A stretch of 64,000 nucleotides of DNA from Guillardia theta CCMP2712 (Eukaryota; Protista; Cryptophyta), in assembly GCF_000315625.1 (NCBI RefSeq), contig NW_005434666.1, positions 259,781 through 323,780 of the forward strand. Direction: 5' to 3'. The translations under genes were made by a program, and so were the position numbers. The first letter of the stretch is position 1; every line of letters begins with the position of its first letter. The notes under the pieces are model-generated. The model searched no databases and was not told the origin of the DNA. It saw nothing but the letters and a program-made list of their open reading frames with translations. Below, piece after piece: positions 43,641 through 58,600 of this stretch.

Positions 43641-46600
43641 TCAGACAGTCGGGCGCTGCGGGTAGTTGGGGTTGGGCTGCTTGGAGGGCAGTCCCCCTAC
43701 AAGAGAATAAGAGGCGGGAGGGAGGGAGGGGAGGGTCAAGAGAGAGGAGGAATGGAGGGGAAACTCACTTGGATCAGAGAAGTTGATAACCTCCCAGTTG
43801 TAAGGGTTGTCCCAGTAGTCCGGAGGGATGTACTGCAAAATAACATCACAACAGACGTCTCCTGCCCTCTTCACATCCTTTCCTCTTCATCCCTCCCTCC
43901 CTGCCCCCTCCTTCCTCTTTCCTCTTCTTCCCCCTCCCTCCCTCCCTCCCTCCCTCCCTCCCTCCCTCCCAGTCGTCTCTGTGCTTAGTCTCCTCCTCCC
44001 TCACCTGCTGGTCCAGTGGCTCCCACGTGCTCGACTGAAATTTGATTGAGGCGCAGAGGAGGACGAGCAAGAGTTTCACCTTAGGTTGAGGAGGACAAGC
44101 ATCGTACGCTGACAGACTTGGGAAAATGCAGATGATGTCTCCTGCACGAATATAGTGAGGAGGTGCTGAGCAAGATGAACAGCGATGAGAAGGAGGAAGA
44201 GGAAGTTGGAGAGGGAGCAGGGGTTCAAGATATGAGGTAGCTCGACAGGGAAGAGCAGGGAAGAGATGAAAGGTGGAAGGTGAGAGGAGCAAGGGGACGA
44301 GAGAGTGTATGGGAGAAGAGAGCGGAGCAGGAGGAAGGGATACCAGGAGAGATAGAGGTGGCGGCAAGTTGAGGGTTTGCGCTGATCACTTGCGACATGT
44401 TCATACTGAACTTATGGCTGAGAGACTCGACCGTATCCTCGCCGCTTGCTGTGTAGAGAATTCCGATCTGCTCAAGGTTAGACAAGCAAGAAGGCTCCTC
44501 CCTTCACTCCTCCTCCCCCCCCCTCCCTCCGCCGCTTCCTCCCCTGCCACCACCACAAACACCACCACAAACACCACCGCAAACACCACAATTACCACGT
44601 CCTCTTCCTCCTACTCTTCTCGCTCCTCCTCCGCCTCCCTCTTGTCCTCACCTTCAGTGCTTGTCCAGTAGGAACGACGTCAAAGTTTCGCAACGTCGGG
44701 TTGATGCTCCAGAGTAGCTGCAGGTCGTCTCAGTCTTTATCGCCACCTCCGTCCCTTCCCCTCCTCCGCCTTCCACTGCCTCCTTCTCCTCCAGTTCTCC
44801 TTCCTCCTTCCCTCCCCTCCTTCTCCTTCCTTTTTCGTCTTACCTGCCACTCTATTGACAATGCAGTCGCGATGCTGTTCAGCGAGTCGTCCGTCACAGT
44901 GCAAGTGAAGCAAAGCTGCACGAGGAATCGGAAACATCTTTCAAGAAACATGTCAGCCAGAAGCCAGTTGGCAATGGTACCCTCCCTCCTCCTCCTCCTC
45001 CTCCTCCTCCTCCTCCTCCTCCTCCTCCTCCTCGTCATCGTGGTCATCACCACTGCCACTACCATAGTCCTCGTCCTCGTGGTCTGCATCGTCCCACCAT
45101 GGGACGGGAGCGTGCAAGGGAGAGCGAGGAGTCTCACCTCTGGGAGCTGATAGTTGCGCCATGCACCTCCATCATTGCGAAGCATTGAACCAGCTCGAAG
45201 CCGCGGTGGGAGCGCGTGGGTGTCCACGTGAAGGTAGAGGAGACGACGGAGATCTGGGAGGAGGTGGAGCAGCCCCTGGAAGGAGGACACTGGTCCCCTT
45301 CGCACAGCTTCCTCGCCCCGTAGCTCATGGGCTGGATGTTTCCTCCTGGCACTAGCTTGCCTTGCGGAGGGAGGGAGGAGAGGACAGTGACATCCATCCA
45401 GTTGCTGGAGCTCGTCTCGGGAATGAGCCAGAAGGCAGAGGGGACGAAGACGATGGTGAAGTTGCTGCCCTCCGACGCGACGAGCGGGACGTCGACATGG
45501 CACAGCTCAGCGGTCTTGAAGAGGGAGGCGTCAGGAGGAGAGGGACTGATGAACTGCGGGCTGGGAGCTGGGAAGGAGCACACGACGAGCTGGGAGGGGA
45601 GGGAGTCGGAGTACTCGATGTGAAGGAGCCCGCCGTCTGTGATGACCAGCTGACCCAAAGTCCCACTCCTGAGGTCGGAGATCGGGAGGAGGGAAGAGAA
45701 TCTGCCTGGCTGCTCCGACTTCGTCAGCTGCAGCAGCTGCTGGAAGTTTGCACTTGTCAAAGTGACGCTGACGGCCTCTCCCTCGGCGTCTCTGTCGAGC
45801 AGCAGCACCAGCAGGCAGGTTGCGTTGGTCTGCGGGTTGGTGGTGATGGAGATTGAAAGCAGTCCCAAGTTGTGTGCGGTGGAGTTGGAGGAGAGCAGTC
45901 GTGGTGGGTTGTCTTCCTTGTAGGATATGACGACAGTTGACAGCAGCGGCATGCCGATAGCTGAGAGCTGGTTCTGTTGCTCGAGCACGACGGTGCCATT
46001 CTCCGCCGTTGTCAAAGTCGTCGTGAAGATGCCGCTAGAGGTGTCGGTCTCCCTGAGTGACAGGACCAGCTCGACGCCTCCGACTCTTGCGCTAGTCAAG
46101 TTGGGCCAGACGTCAACCTGCATGTCGTTCACGTCAAGATCAGCGTCGATGACTGTAATAGAGATCGAGCCGTTGAGGGCGAACATGGCCGGAACCTCAA
46201 GGCGAGCAGGATAGAAGATGAACTTGGATATCGAGACAGACTGCGAGGCATCCATGGAGATGTACGAGATGTTGAAAAGCTCTCCCCTCCTGTACTGGAT
46301 CAATCCATCGTTGCTCAACACCACAGACGAAGGGTCGAGCTGCGTGTAGGACGAGAACTGTCCTGGAACAGTCAAGGCCGGAAACATCTTGACATCTTCG
46401 ATCTGTTTGCCATTGGAAGACGTGATTGTGACGTAGAAATCTTCGTTGGCCTGCAGCGGCGAATTAACAAAGAAGTTCTGCGCAACAACTTCCAGGACAG
46501 GCAGGTTGTCTTGCTCGATCAAGTTGGCCCTGAGGAAAAAGACGCTGGCAACTTTCACAGTGGCCTGTACGGTCTTGAATGGGCTGTTGTCGTAGTAACT

Positions 46601-49600
46601 GATGATGATGTTTTGCCCTGGTTCAACCTCTAGGATATTGTCTCCACTGACAGAGACATCTCCTGTATGGAGTTTCGTCTGCAACCTCCCCTCATACACG
46701 CCAAAGTTGCTGATCTTCACCATCATACCATTCGCAAACCCCGCGTTGTTGGTCTCAACTACCAACTCCTTGGTGTCGAAGTTGTACGAGGTGATCCTGA
46801 ACGACTGGGTGTTGACCTGCATCAGCCCGTTGATGTACGACCCGCTCCCTCCCGTCAAGTTAGCAGGTGAAAGAATGACAGTGTTCACTCTCAGGATCTG
46901 CAGGACTGTAGCATACACCACTTGCTGGTACAAAGTCACCTAGAGCCAAAGTCGTCAGCGCAAGGGCAGCGATGAGTTTTCAAAATTTCACCTCCTCCGT
47001 CTCAGCATCACTGGAAGGATACTTGGTGACCTCCAACACCAGAGCGTTCATGGTCAGCCTCGTCTCAGGGTTGTACATGAAGATCTCCAGGGATGCGTTG
47101 GGGAAGATCGATCGCTCTGACGTAGAGATCTGAGCGAGTGCTGAAACCTCCAACGTCTGTGAAGCGTCAGGGGCAAAAGGGATGCATGAAGTGACTAGCC
47201 TGCGTCGGCTGCGTTGAAGTGGCGAAGGGCATGTTCTTGTCTACATACTGGAGATTCAGCTTTCCTCCGTAGGCGACAAGGACTGAGTTGAGCTGAGATC
47301 TGCAGCTGACGCATGTTTGAAGGATCCCAGTGAAATGATTGCTGTCTGCGCTGTTCTCCGTGAGTTTCAGCGTCTTGACCTCAACATCGATCGAGGTGAT
47401 CAAGACGTCTACTGTCTCCACCACGTTCGGATTCGTGTTTGCGTCATCATCGACGACTGGAGCAAGCAGAGACAATTCAGCATCTGGTGATGTATCACAT
47501 GCTTGCACTCACCCAAGAAGGAGATGTTGTTTCCGGGGAAGATTTCAGATGTCGGCCTGATCGACATGATTCCAGCTTTTGCAACCTGTCATCACCAGAC
47601 ATCAGTTGTCATCGACCGGCAGCAGAACAACCTTTATGCTCCCCGTTCGATCCCCGACAGGCATCGCGTCGGAGTAGGTGACCTTAAATTGATGACGTCA
47701 TCATAGCAGCACACAAGAAGTCTTCTAGTCTCACCGTAAGTTGGTCTCCCGGCCTCACCGTCATGATCCCGTTGTCCGTAACTCCCTGTACGTTGGGGTC
47801 ACACTTTCCACAGGACGACAGACTGCAGATCCCATCCCCCATGCCTGCAGAGCCAAGTCAGGGAGAGAGGTCGAGTGCGAGCACTGTGGGAGAGCAGAGA
47901 GACTCGTTACGGTAACTGAGAGGAGGAAGGGCTAAGGGAGAGACTGACATGTGTCGAGAACTCCTGTGTACACGGCGCTATTGGGGCTCGTCGGGTACAA
48001 GTTCACGTGTTCAAGCTCCCCGTCTTTGTTTGTTGAGACAACAACAGTGAAGTTCTCGACATGCAAGAAGGCATTGTCCGGGTCTACGACGCTGATGAAT
48101 AGCTTGTCCTGGGCCTTCAACACATTCCCAACATCTCCGTTGCTCCTGATCGACGACATGGCAGCCTGCCCGGTCACTCCGATCGTCACGTTGACATGCA
48201 CATCGTTTGAGGCATCTTGGAGGACTTGCAACCTGCAACGAGGCAGCAGCGTCAGGAGGAGAAGCAAGCATCTTCATTGCCGCAGCATGTCACCGGCTCA
48301 TGTCAGTGTATGTCATAGTGAGCATGTCTCCTTCACGGACATGGACGACTTGTAGGTTCGCGAGCGGCTCCTGGCACTCAGGGTCCCCGCAGAGCTCGGG
48401 AGAGTGAGTGCCGCTGAGGATGATGCGGATGAAGCCGGTGAAGGTGCTCGAGGACGGACCAGTCTCCGTCAGCACAACAGACTCTTGACCTTCACCGACC
48501 CAGCTTGACGTCACCATGACAGCTGCGTTCTCCACCAGCAGTGGGTTCGTGTTGAGATCCTCGTCCGTTAGCTGAGGGCGAGCGAGTAAGAAGGGAGGCA
48601 TGCGGAGGACAGACAACTTACTGTGATGTTGATCCTCCGGTCAAGTCCTCCGACCCTGGGAAAGGCGGCAAGAACTCCACGGGCACTGACAACGCTGATC
48701 TGTTGAGGTGTTAGGGTGCTTGAAATGTTTGAGCTGGATCCTTACGATTTCGTGAGATAGTACAGGGAGACTATCAAGATAGGTTGCCGATACGATATCT
48801 CCCACTTTCAAGTTCCATACGGAATACGTTGCGTTGCCAGTGAAAGTGATTCCAGTCTGGTTGAGATCATTCTTGAGATAGAAACAAGCACGATGATATC
48901 TGTCTGTTGCCGAGGCGTTGAACATCACCAAATCAACTTGGTGCGCTTGTTGGACATTAAGGGTTGACCAAGACAAAGAGACCTGTCGTCATTCTCTTTC
49001 ACAACAAACAAACAAACAAGCAAACATGTAGAAGTGTACCTGTACAGTCTGTTGATTGTTTACAATGAGATCATTGTCGTAGACGTTGAGGCAAAACCAA
49101 CCATCCTGCATGATAATTCTTGGCTGAAACGAGATCGACCCAATGCTCCCCCCAGCTCCTACAGTCTTCTGGCTCACGTGCAACAACGATTCTCCTCTGA
49201 AGTTCGAGAGCTCACGGTAGGAGAACGACAATGTTTCCCCCTCGTTCACAAACATCACCCCGTCATTGTTCGCGCTGTATCCGGTGTTCTGTCTTGTTGC
49301 GATCACTCCAGTGAAAACCCCCTGCCCATTGGAGCCTGTCAGGTTGGTAGAGACTTGGACCATTTCTCTCAGGACAATCTCCTCCGCCCCTTCAAGTGTT
49401 CTGCTGCTCTGCACAACGACGCTGACTGTGTCTGCATGCTCAAAGTCCGTGTCTGCGTCAGAGTCTACCACTGTGACTGTGACTGTTGCCCCGGCTCCGA
49501 CATGCTCGGGGAGCACGTGCGGGCAGTCTGAGGACTGCGGGCAGGCATCGGATGCGAATCTAGTTTCGTTCCTAGGAAGAGAGGAGGAGGAGAGACGGAC

Positions 49601-52600
49601 GTCCTCTACCGTGAGAATTATCCTGCGAGGTGACTCAGAAAAGGAAGAGAGAAGAGAAGAGAGAAAAAGCAACAAACAAGCAGGCTGAGGGAGACGACGA
49701 GACAAACAGAACTAGAGACAAAGAAAAAGAACATGAAAGAGTGACTTGCCTGGAATTCAACTGGACGAACAGGAAGGAATCTAGAGTCTGGTTAGAGCAG
49801 TTGATCGCACCATAGAAGACGCTGTTGGCCTCGTCTGAACGACATTTCATGTCAGCTTCTCATCATTCACATTCGCTTTTGCCTGTCTGATTCAAGTAAA
49901 CTTGCAACCGACTCTCCACGTAGTGCAAATCTGAACCAACGTTTGACAGAGCTTCTGCCGTAACCTATGGAGGAGTATGCAAATTACAACACGACTATGA
50001 TGGAGATGGAGATGGAGGTGGAGATGGAGGTGGAGATGGAGATGGAGATGGAGATGGAGATGGAGATGATGATGATGATGATGATGAAGAGGAGGAGGAG
50101 AAGGAGGAGGATGAAAACAAAAGAAGAGATGAATTCGTTGCTAGTGAATATACCAAGACTTGACTGAGCTTCAAACCTGTACCCCCATAGAAGGTAACGG
50201 AGATTTCCTGAGATTGGTTTGAGTCTCAACGCAATGGAAACACAGCAGAACCCCACCTTCTTGCTGATGACGTCATTCCATACCAACGGCTTCTTCTCGA
50301 ATCGGAGGATACCAAGTTGCTGCAGCTTTACACTCCTCGTGACCTGTCACGGAAACATGACTGGAAGCTCGCAAGTCGAGCAAGGAAAGGACCAGGGACG
50401 AGGGGTACATGTCGTGGTATTCGATACTGACGTTGAATGGGTCCAGAAAGTCCATCGACTCTCCGTTACTCTCCACGATCCTTCTGAAAAGCCCGCCTGA
50501 GTCGACCACGATGGTGAAATTTCCCTGCTGGCCCGTGGGATTCAGCTGGAGTCTTTCTGCATACGAGCGGCAGCGGAGGGTCAGGACGGCAGTAGTCGTT
50601 GTTGCATCGAAGTCGAGCAGCACGATTGTGACTTGTTCTCCAGCTAGAATGACGTCTTGATCTTGGCCAGCACCAGTCGACCAGTTCAGCTCAGCGAAGG
50701 TTGCGATGGGAACAAGCTTGTCAACAGGGCCGTAGGCGCTGTCGGTGTATTCCACCTTGAGTTGGCAACGGCTGGTACCAGTGCAGGAGTACACCAGGCA
50801 GTCCGAGCGGTTGCAAGATGTATCCGATACAACAAGAGAAGAGAGGAAGACGTTCGAGTTCGTGCCGTTCTCAACAAGGTCTAGTACCACAGTATCCCCC
50901 GAGAGCAAGGTGGTGACTCGAAGGAGGTTCGGCCAGACTTGAGAGGAGGACACGTTGCTGTTGAGATCAGCGTCAACAACTTCCAGGGTCAGCTGGGCTC
51001 CCGGCTGGACAGGAGCGAAACTGGGAGCGACGATCTGACCGATCTGGATGCCATGGAGCGACAGGTTGACAACGTTATGACATTCATCTTGAGATGTCAA
51101 CAAGAGGCGATCAGATGACTGGGCAGGTCCTAGGACATGGTCGTAGTGAGCGAAGGGTACCCCGGAGCCGAGGACGATACTTCCAGTGAACGTTCCTTCA
51201 GCTGCATTACTCACTTTCACGTTCACCAGCTCGCGATCAGTCCCCATGGCGCCTTCAAGTGTCAACTCGACCACCCGAGGGGTGAAGACCTGACTTGCCT
51301 TTGCTGTCTTGTCTATGATCTGGATGTTCAACAGCCCCGAGGGAGAGAACTTTTCGTTGACTATCGTCCTCCCCTCCACCTCGTTGCTGGCATTGAGCTG
51401 TATCCCCGCACAGATGAAGGTCCGGGTGACTCGAGAGACGTTGGAAGGAGGAGAGCTGGTGAGGAGGTCGACGTACGTGCTGGTGATCACCTCGGTCTGG
51501 TTGGAAGCGAAAAGCAAGTGACTTGCTGACGAGGCATTGGGAGCATCTGACAACTGTATCGAGCCCGTGAAGATTCCTTGAAGAGAAGATGAAGATGCAG
51601 TTTCCCGTAGGGTCAACACCTTGGAGTCCATCACAGTCTGCTGCTGATCGTACGACCTGACAACCACATCGATGGTGTCCACGTTGACTGTTGTGTCCAC
51701 ATCACAATCTTGCACTGAGATGTCCAGGAAGGAGTTGAGGTTGAGGCTACTTGGTTGGGTGACGATGGCGTTGCAGTAGAGGTACACGAAGTAGCTGACA
51801 CGACCCGACGGGATCACATCGTCGTAGGAGACTTCTATCCGATCCCGGGGCAGGAGCTTGCAGGTAGGATCAGTGAGAATCTTTTGAACGTCAACAAGAG
51901 CGTTGAAGGTTCCCGACACGCTATCCACTTCCAAGAGTTGGACTGTAGAGTTGCAGAACGGCTGATAGAAGCCGTAGTGATAGTAGCTGAGCAGCAGCGA
52001 GAGAGTCCTCACTGACGGAACTTTATCAGCGTCGACATCCTGGAGGATTATGTTGAAGTTGTTCACCCTCCCGATGAACGGGTCAGTTCTGAGAGTTCCT
52101 CTCTCCGCAATGTACGTCGCTAGACTCTCCACCGTGTCACTTGCAGTGCAGCGCAAACTGCAAGCACCTGCTCAGCCAGTCATGTCAGCAACAGACAGAC
52201 AGCAACCAAGATCGTCGATGCCTACCTAGAGCATCGCAAATCTCTGAACACAAATTCACCGCGTTGAGAGAGCTCGTGTAGGAAGCGACGACCTTCCTCA
52301 CGTGCGAATGCCCCACGTTCAGACTCCCAGCTGAGCTGGAGCAGTCAGCGCAAAGTGAGATCGAGCCTGTGTATGTCGTCGAGCAAGAAGAGGTTGACGT
52401 CAGTTCCAGAACAGCCTCTGAGAACAAACTCGCGCTCGAGTTGTGCATGACTTTGACTGAAACATTCAACTTCGGCTGGCTCGTCTCTTTCATGTCTAAG
52501 AGCGTGATGGTCAAGGTGTCGTTCTCTCTCGCCAAAAAGGTTGAGATAGAGATCTTGCTGTCGAACGTGTAAGGGATACTCTTGGTGATAGTTCCCTGCG

Positions 52601-55600
52601 TCCCGTCAACCGTCCTCATGTCCTGCAACTCCCAGATCAATTCCACCCTTGCTGCTGTCAAACACAAAGTTGCACCTGATACTTGACATCCAACGTAGCT
52701 GCCTCGGCACAAGACAACGGAAATCTAACCTGAAGTACCTGCACGAATCTCTCAATACTTTGCCTTCACCTTCACGGACCAAAAGTCTACCTGATCCTGC
52801 TTGGCCTGAGTCCCTTGGGTCGTGTTAAGAACACCTGTGAAGACTCCACTGTCCAAATCATTCTCCAGCAGCGTCACTGACTCTGGTGAGCTAGTCTCGA
52901 CATTAGAGGAGACGAGGACGGTAACTGTCTCAGCTCTGTCGGCGTCCAGGTTCGCATCCCAATCTGCAACCATGAGGTAGAGAGGGTTACCAATCTTGAC
53001 CGTGGAGACAGAGTCAACCAAAGAGATCACTCCTGTCGTGGCCTTTCTGGCCAGCCTTGTTATGGTACCCATCGATGGATCTGTGTACTTGACTGCGATG
53101 GACACCTTGCTCTGATCCACCAAGTTGACGATGTAGTCGGCCAAGGTGAAGGTCTGCGAGAACTCGATTTGCTGGGTCACAGTCGAAAGCGTTATCTTGG
53201 TGTCCGCAAAGTACGGCGACGAGACTTGCACAGCTGGGAAGGTGCTGGAGCCGCTGTAGTCCGCATCAATCAGGGTGATTCCGAAAGAGGTCTCGAAGAT
53301 CACGATGGGGTCGATTTTTCCCTGGACAAGTAAAGCGCCAGCTGTTTTGACACTGACGGAAAGATTGTGCGGGGTGTAACACCTGCTATCACATTCATCG
53401 CCAACACCAGGAAGAAAAGGAGGAGGGAGAGGAGGAGGAGGGAGAGGAGGAGGAGATGAGAAGGATGAAGAGGAGGAGCGCAAGGAGGGGAGATGCGCAA
53501 GGAGGAGAAGGAAGAAGGAAAGGAGGAGGAGAGAAGAGTAGGGCACCTTCCCACGCATATGGACTCGTTGAGAGTGCATTGGGTCTGCTGGTTGATGTCA
53601 ATCAGATTTTCTTGGCACAACTTTAGATTCGGAAGCGACGGGCAATTGTCGTTGTAGAAGATCTGCCATGGTGGAAAAAGAAGAAAGAAGCAGTCGATTC
53701 AGCAACACATCAGGAGAAGGAGACAACTTTTCACATTCAGCGTATCTCCCTCAAGCACGTTGACAACGCCGTCGTCAGCAAGCCCCAGCGTCGAGGACCG
53801 AAACGTGTTCAGGACTCCGGTGAAATTTCCTGCAGTTGATTTGCTCAGCTTGGTTGGAGGCAGGGCCAAGACGAAATACCTGTAGACACGCCGACTTCAA
53901 CCAAGTTCAAGTGCTCCACTCCCTCCCCGTATCTACTGGACGTCACTAGCACTTGTACCATGTCCTTCTGGAGCTGGAGACGTGGCTTGTCAAACAGGAA
54001 CGTGAAACTCCTCGTTGTCAATCCTCACCGGGTCTGCGTTCCTGTCCGCGTCGACGACAGTGATGGTGAAGGATGTCCCTGCTGCGACCGACTGATACGC
54101 CGATGACAAGTTGCCGATGGTGCATGAAGTTAGGAAGACGCTCATGTTTGCTCTGGGTGCAAAGTCTACAGGAAAAGGCAGCACAGTTACGAGAAGAACC
54201 ACAGTGTTGACTGTTACCGTAATACTGTACCGTAGCCTTGTAGCTAGGAACAAATGGCTCGATGATACCGTTGAAAGGAATCTGAGATGTCCACCAATCA
54301 GTGCTCTATCTTGCCAAAGACAGGATTCGACCGCTAAGGAGCCAGTTCCCGTGATCACAAGGCCGGTGAACACTCCTGTGTTGACCCCTGTCTCGGTAGC
54401 ATACAGGTACTCCTTGTCTCCCGGCAAGGGATAGTCCGTGGACACCCAGAGGATCTCTGACGTGTTTGAAATCACATCAACCTGGTCGGCGTTGTGGTTC
54501 ATGTCCGCGTCCAGGACTGTGATGACGGCCGTCTGGCCCCTGACTATCCTGTTGGGCAGCATGAGCGACAACGCAGAGCACAAGGAAACCTTACGCGCTC
54601 GATGACAGGACCAGTCTGGCCCTCGTGTAGAGGGTGACCGTTTGCACGATCGTGTCGGATGGGATGTCATCTTTGTAGGTGACCTGACGGGTAAAGGAGT
54701 TAGGAGCTCAACGTTGAGGTCATGAGGTGTCGAGAAGAGCTCAACGTTCAGTGTCAAGAAGCCAAGAGAACAGAAGGATCACACAACACTCTGACTCGAG
54801 GAAGACGAGGAGATCAAAACTCACAGTCACTGTATCTCCTGCCTGGCAACCAGACAGCGCATTTGGCGTGTTTGTGTCAGAGAGAAGGAGAGACCCTGTG
54901 AAGATTCCAGCCGACAACCCGATCTCCTTCAAGGTCACTGTGATAGCGTCTGAAACAGGCACCTTGTCCACGAAGATCAGCACAGTGTCTGCAAGGTTGG
55001 GGTTGCGATCAAGGTCAGAATCTTGAAGGGTGATGGAGAGGTAGTCATTCAGAGCAGGAAGGGCTGGTGCCAGGCTCAGCTTTCCTCTGGTTGCAACGCG
55101 AATCTTCTTCATCCTCGTCTTTCTTGGCCGCTGGTCTTGATACTCCACTGTGAGAATATCTCCTTCCAGCACGTTCAAGACGCCGTCGTAGCTCCTCCCT
55201 CTGCTCGCATCCAGCACGGTGTTGATGTATCCCACGAATGTCCCAGCTGTTGTGCAACTAGTGCACTTCTGCAGTGTTGCCGACTCCTGCTCCGAGTCCT
55301 TGCTCGTGCTCAAGGAGACTGCGAGCGTGTTGGCCGTGACATCCTTGTCCATCAGGGAGATCGACAGGGTGGATCCAGCGAGCAATATCGGGTAGGTAGG
55401 ATCCAGACTTCCGGCATCGCTTGCGGTGGACTGAGTCTCCTGCACCAAGCGAGCTGTCAAGGGATATGGAGAGGAGGAGCGACGGGTGTTGGAGGACGAG
55501 GAAGGGAAATTTGGAGGAGGAAGGGAAGTTACCTTGGCAGCGCTGGGATAGCTGGCTACAAGGACATCGGAGTAAGAGGTCAGGGTAACGATGTTGTTGT

Positions 55601-58600
55601 ACTTGACCACGTCAGCCAGCCCTGCGATCCTTGTGGAGATGGTACCGGTGAAGAGCGAAGAGTCGTGGCTGGTTTCCAGAAGGCTGACATTCTCGACGTC
55701 AACTTGATTCAGCACCCTGATATTGACAAGGACGACGTCGGAGATGCAGCTGTCTGTGTTGGCGGACGCATCAAAGACTGTTATCGAGACGTTCTCTCCC
55801 GCAGAAAAGAACTGTACATCTCTATCGGCCCCGAACGCACTCACATTGGGCTGGTCGATCATTCTGACGTAGGCCTCTGCCAGGCCTCCCCCAGCATGAT
55901 TGACCGGTCCCTTGTAGGAGAAGCGATAGAGGGAGGGGGTAGAGAAGCTGGTGGTATCTAAGACCGACGTGAACTGAGAAGAGTTGTAGTTGGTCTCAGT
56001 TAGGCGCAGCTCTTGTACCGCTCCTCCTGTACATGTTGTTGAATCTGCAGAAGAGCAGAAGTAATATGAGCTGCCATCCGCCATGATCGATTGGTTGCAG
56101 TGCGGAAACTGAGAGGGAGAACAAAGGTACATGTCACGGTAGGCATACAGTCGGCCCCCAAGATTGCTCTGAACGGTGAATGGGTTGTCATTCAGATCCG
56201 CATCAACAACTGTGATCGTTATGGCATTCTGAACCCTAGAGACTTGAGGAGCGAGGTCCTGGCAGGGGAAACGCGTCATAGCCTGACAACAGAAAGAGGG
56301 ATACCGTTACCTTGAAGTAGCCCGTCTGTTCCGTCAAGGTCAAACTGTCTCTGACGGCGTTGGGCCCGAATGATGTCTTGTATGATGCTGACACAATGTC
56401 GCCCACTTGCAGACTTCCAAGGAACTGAGTGACATGGGGGCAGAACGGGCTGACTTTGTCGTATGGATAGAGCGATGGAGCAATCGCCCTTATAGACCCT
56501 GCGAAGTGACCTGAACTTGCGCTGGTCTGGTTCAGGTAGACTTGAAGGCTCTGCAAAGGAGGTCTCAGAAGCTCGAAAGGATGTGGCAGTGTCATCACCT
56601 GGTGCGCAGACGAGACGTTTACTCTTATACGAGTCGCCGCTGGATCTTGAACGAGAATGTCCGCGTCGACAACTGCAAGACGTTTGACCCACAACATCTT
56701 GACTGATCAGACGAGCAAGTTTACCTGTGATAGCGACCGTTCCTCCGATAGTCACCAGCTCCTTATTGACGACAAGACTTGCTGCTTGAGAGATGCTGAC
56801 TCTCTGCTGTACTGTCCTCACCATCGTCTGATCGATGTACGTCACGATGATCTGCCCATGTTCCGGCACGTCGAACAACGTGCCAGTCTGTGTGAACACT
56901 TGTGGCCAGTGCCACATCTCCATCGTCCCCGTGAAGACTCCTCCGGTGTTTGCGTTCTCCTTCAGGGTCAGGTACGTGTGGGTGTCAGATTCGATGCAGA
57001 TGGAGCTGGTGTAGTTGTGGAGGAGACGACAGGAAGACAGCCGGACAGCCGTGGAGGATGTTGACGTCCAGGTTGACACGAAGTCCGGAGACTGTGAAGT
57101 GTCGAGATCGGGGTCTGTCAGGGTGATAGTGAGAGGGTCGTTGATAGAAACCAGTAGGGAAGGGCTGATGCTGAGGACCCCGCGGAACTGCAAAGCGTTG
57201 GGAGGCTGGGCAGTGACGGTCATGAAGGGAGAGGCGTCTTGATACTGCGCTATGAGGGAATAGCCCTTGCTGACTTCGATCACACCGTTCCCACGAGAGT
57301 AACTTGCATCCAACGACGCCACCGAGTTGATGGCGGCCCTGAACTGCTGCGATGCAGGATCGTACTGCAGGGTGACTTGCTCCTGATCCTTGATCGTCGT
57401 CCCTTGCAGACTCTGAAGGGTTACCGACACTGAAGTAAGCTTTGAAAGCACTAGGTCCGTATCCTTGACGATCAAGGTAAAAGGGTTCCCAACCACGTAG
57501 GAGTCCGAGCTGAAGGAGATGGTTCCATTCGTGGGGATGTTGAAGGAGGCGCTGGTGGCCTGCTGGGGAGAAGCGTCAAAGTAGACCGCTTGGATGAGGC
57601 TACCCTGCGCCACGAACAAGGTCCCATCGTTGGAAGTCGCGCAGCAGTCGGCTACGCTGCAGGGTAAGCAATTGCGACAGTTACAATCGGGGACGTCCAA
57701 CACCTTGAGGCGGATGGTGCCTGTAAAGGTCTGCTGGTTGACTGAGATCTCAGTCAAAGTGACCGACTCCATCTCCGAGCTGCCGGACTTGTATGCGAAG
57801 ACCCGGCCCGTGACTGTCTCTGCTACCTGCGGCTGTGCGTTGAGGTCTTGGTCATAGACGGTGATGGTGCAGTAGCCGGAGAGGAAGGAGGCGCAGTTGA
57901 GGTTGATCAGCCCGACGTGGCTGACATTGACGCTGGAGCTCAAGTTCCTTGATGGGAGGGGGCGCGAGTCGAGATAGCTGATTGTGAGCCTCGACCCCTC
58001 GGGCGCATAGAAAGACCCGGCGACCTGCGTCTTGCTCGTCTTGATGGTGGCCGTGAAAACGTTTGAGTTCAGCGACGTCTCCTTGATCTGTACCAAGGAG
58101 GAGGGCAAGAAGGAGCCATCAAGGGTGACGAAGGCGACCTCGATCGCAAGAGGATCCTTGTTAAGATCAGCATCCGTGACCAGCACCGACAGGTCGGCGC
58201 TGGGGGGGAGGATGGACGGCGCCACAGTGAGGGTAGCAGCACTGGATACCCTAAATCTGAGTGAGCTGACGACATTAGGGGGCGCGGTATCCTCGTAGAC
58301 AGCTGTCAAGTACGCTCCGGGCTCTGCCGCAGCGACAAAGGACTTATCGGCTACGATGGGCACGAGGCTCCTGGTTTGGACGGAGCCGGTGAAAGTGCCT
58401 GTGTTGCCTCCGGTCTCCGTCAGAGTGAACTGATCTCCCGTGGACAGCCACTCAATCACTCGCGCGCCGCTGGAGTTCTGGGATGGGCCGATGACGTTGA
58501 CGATGACGTAGTCTGTGCCAGGAGAGATGTCCTTGTCGGAGTCTACCAGCGTCAGAGCCAGAGCTGCGTTCTCGTTGATCTGCAGGTCGCTGGTGTAAAG

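Noticed and set aside
55023-55961. 312-aa plus-strand ORF
   Set aside because: Antisense shadow of a long exon of the giant gene; no motifs
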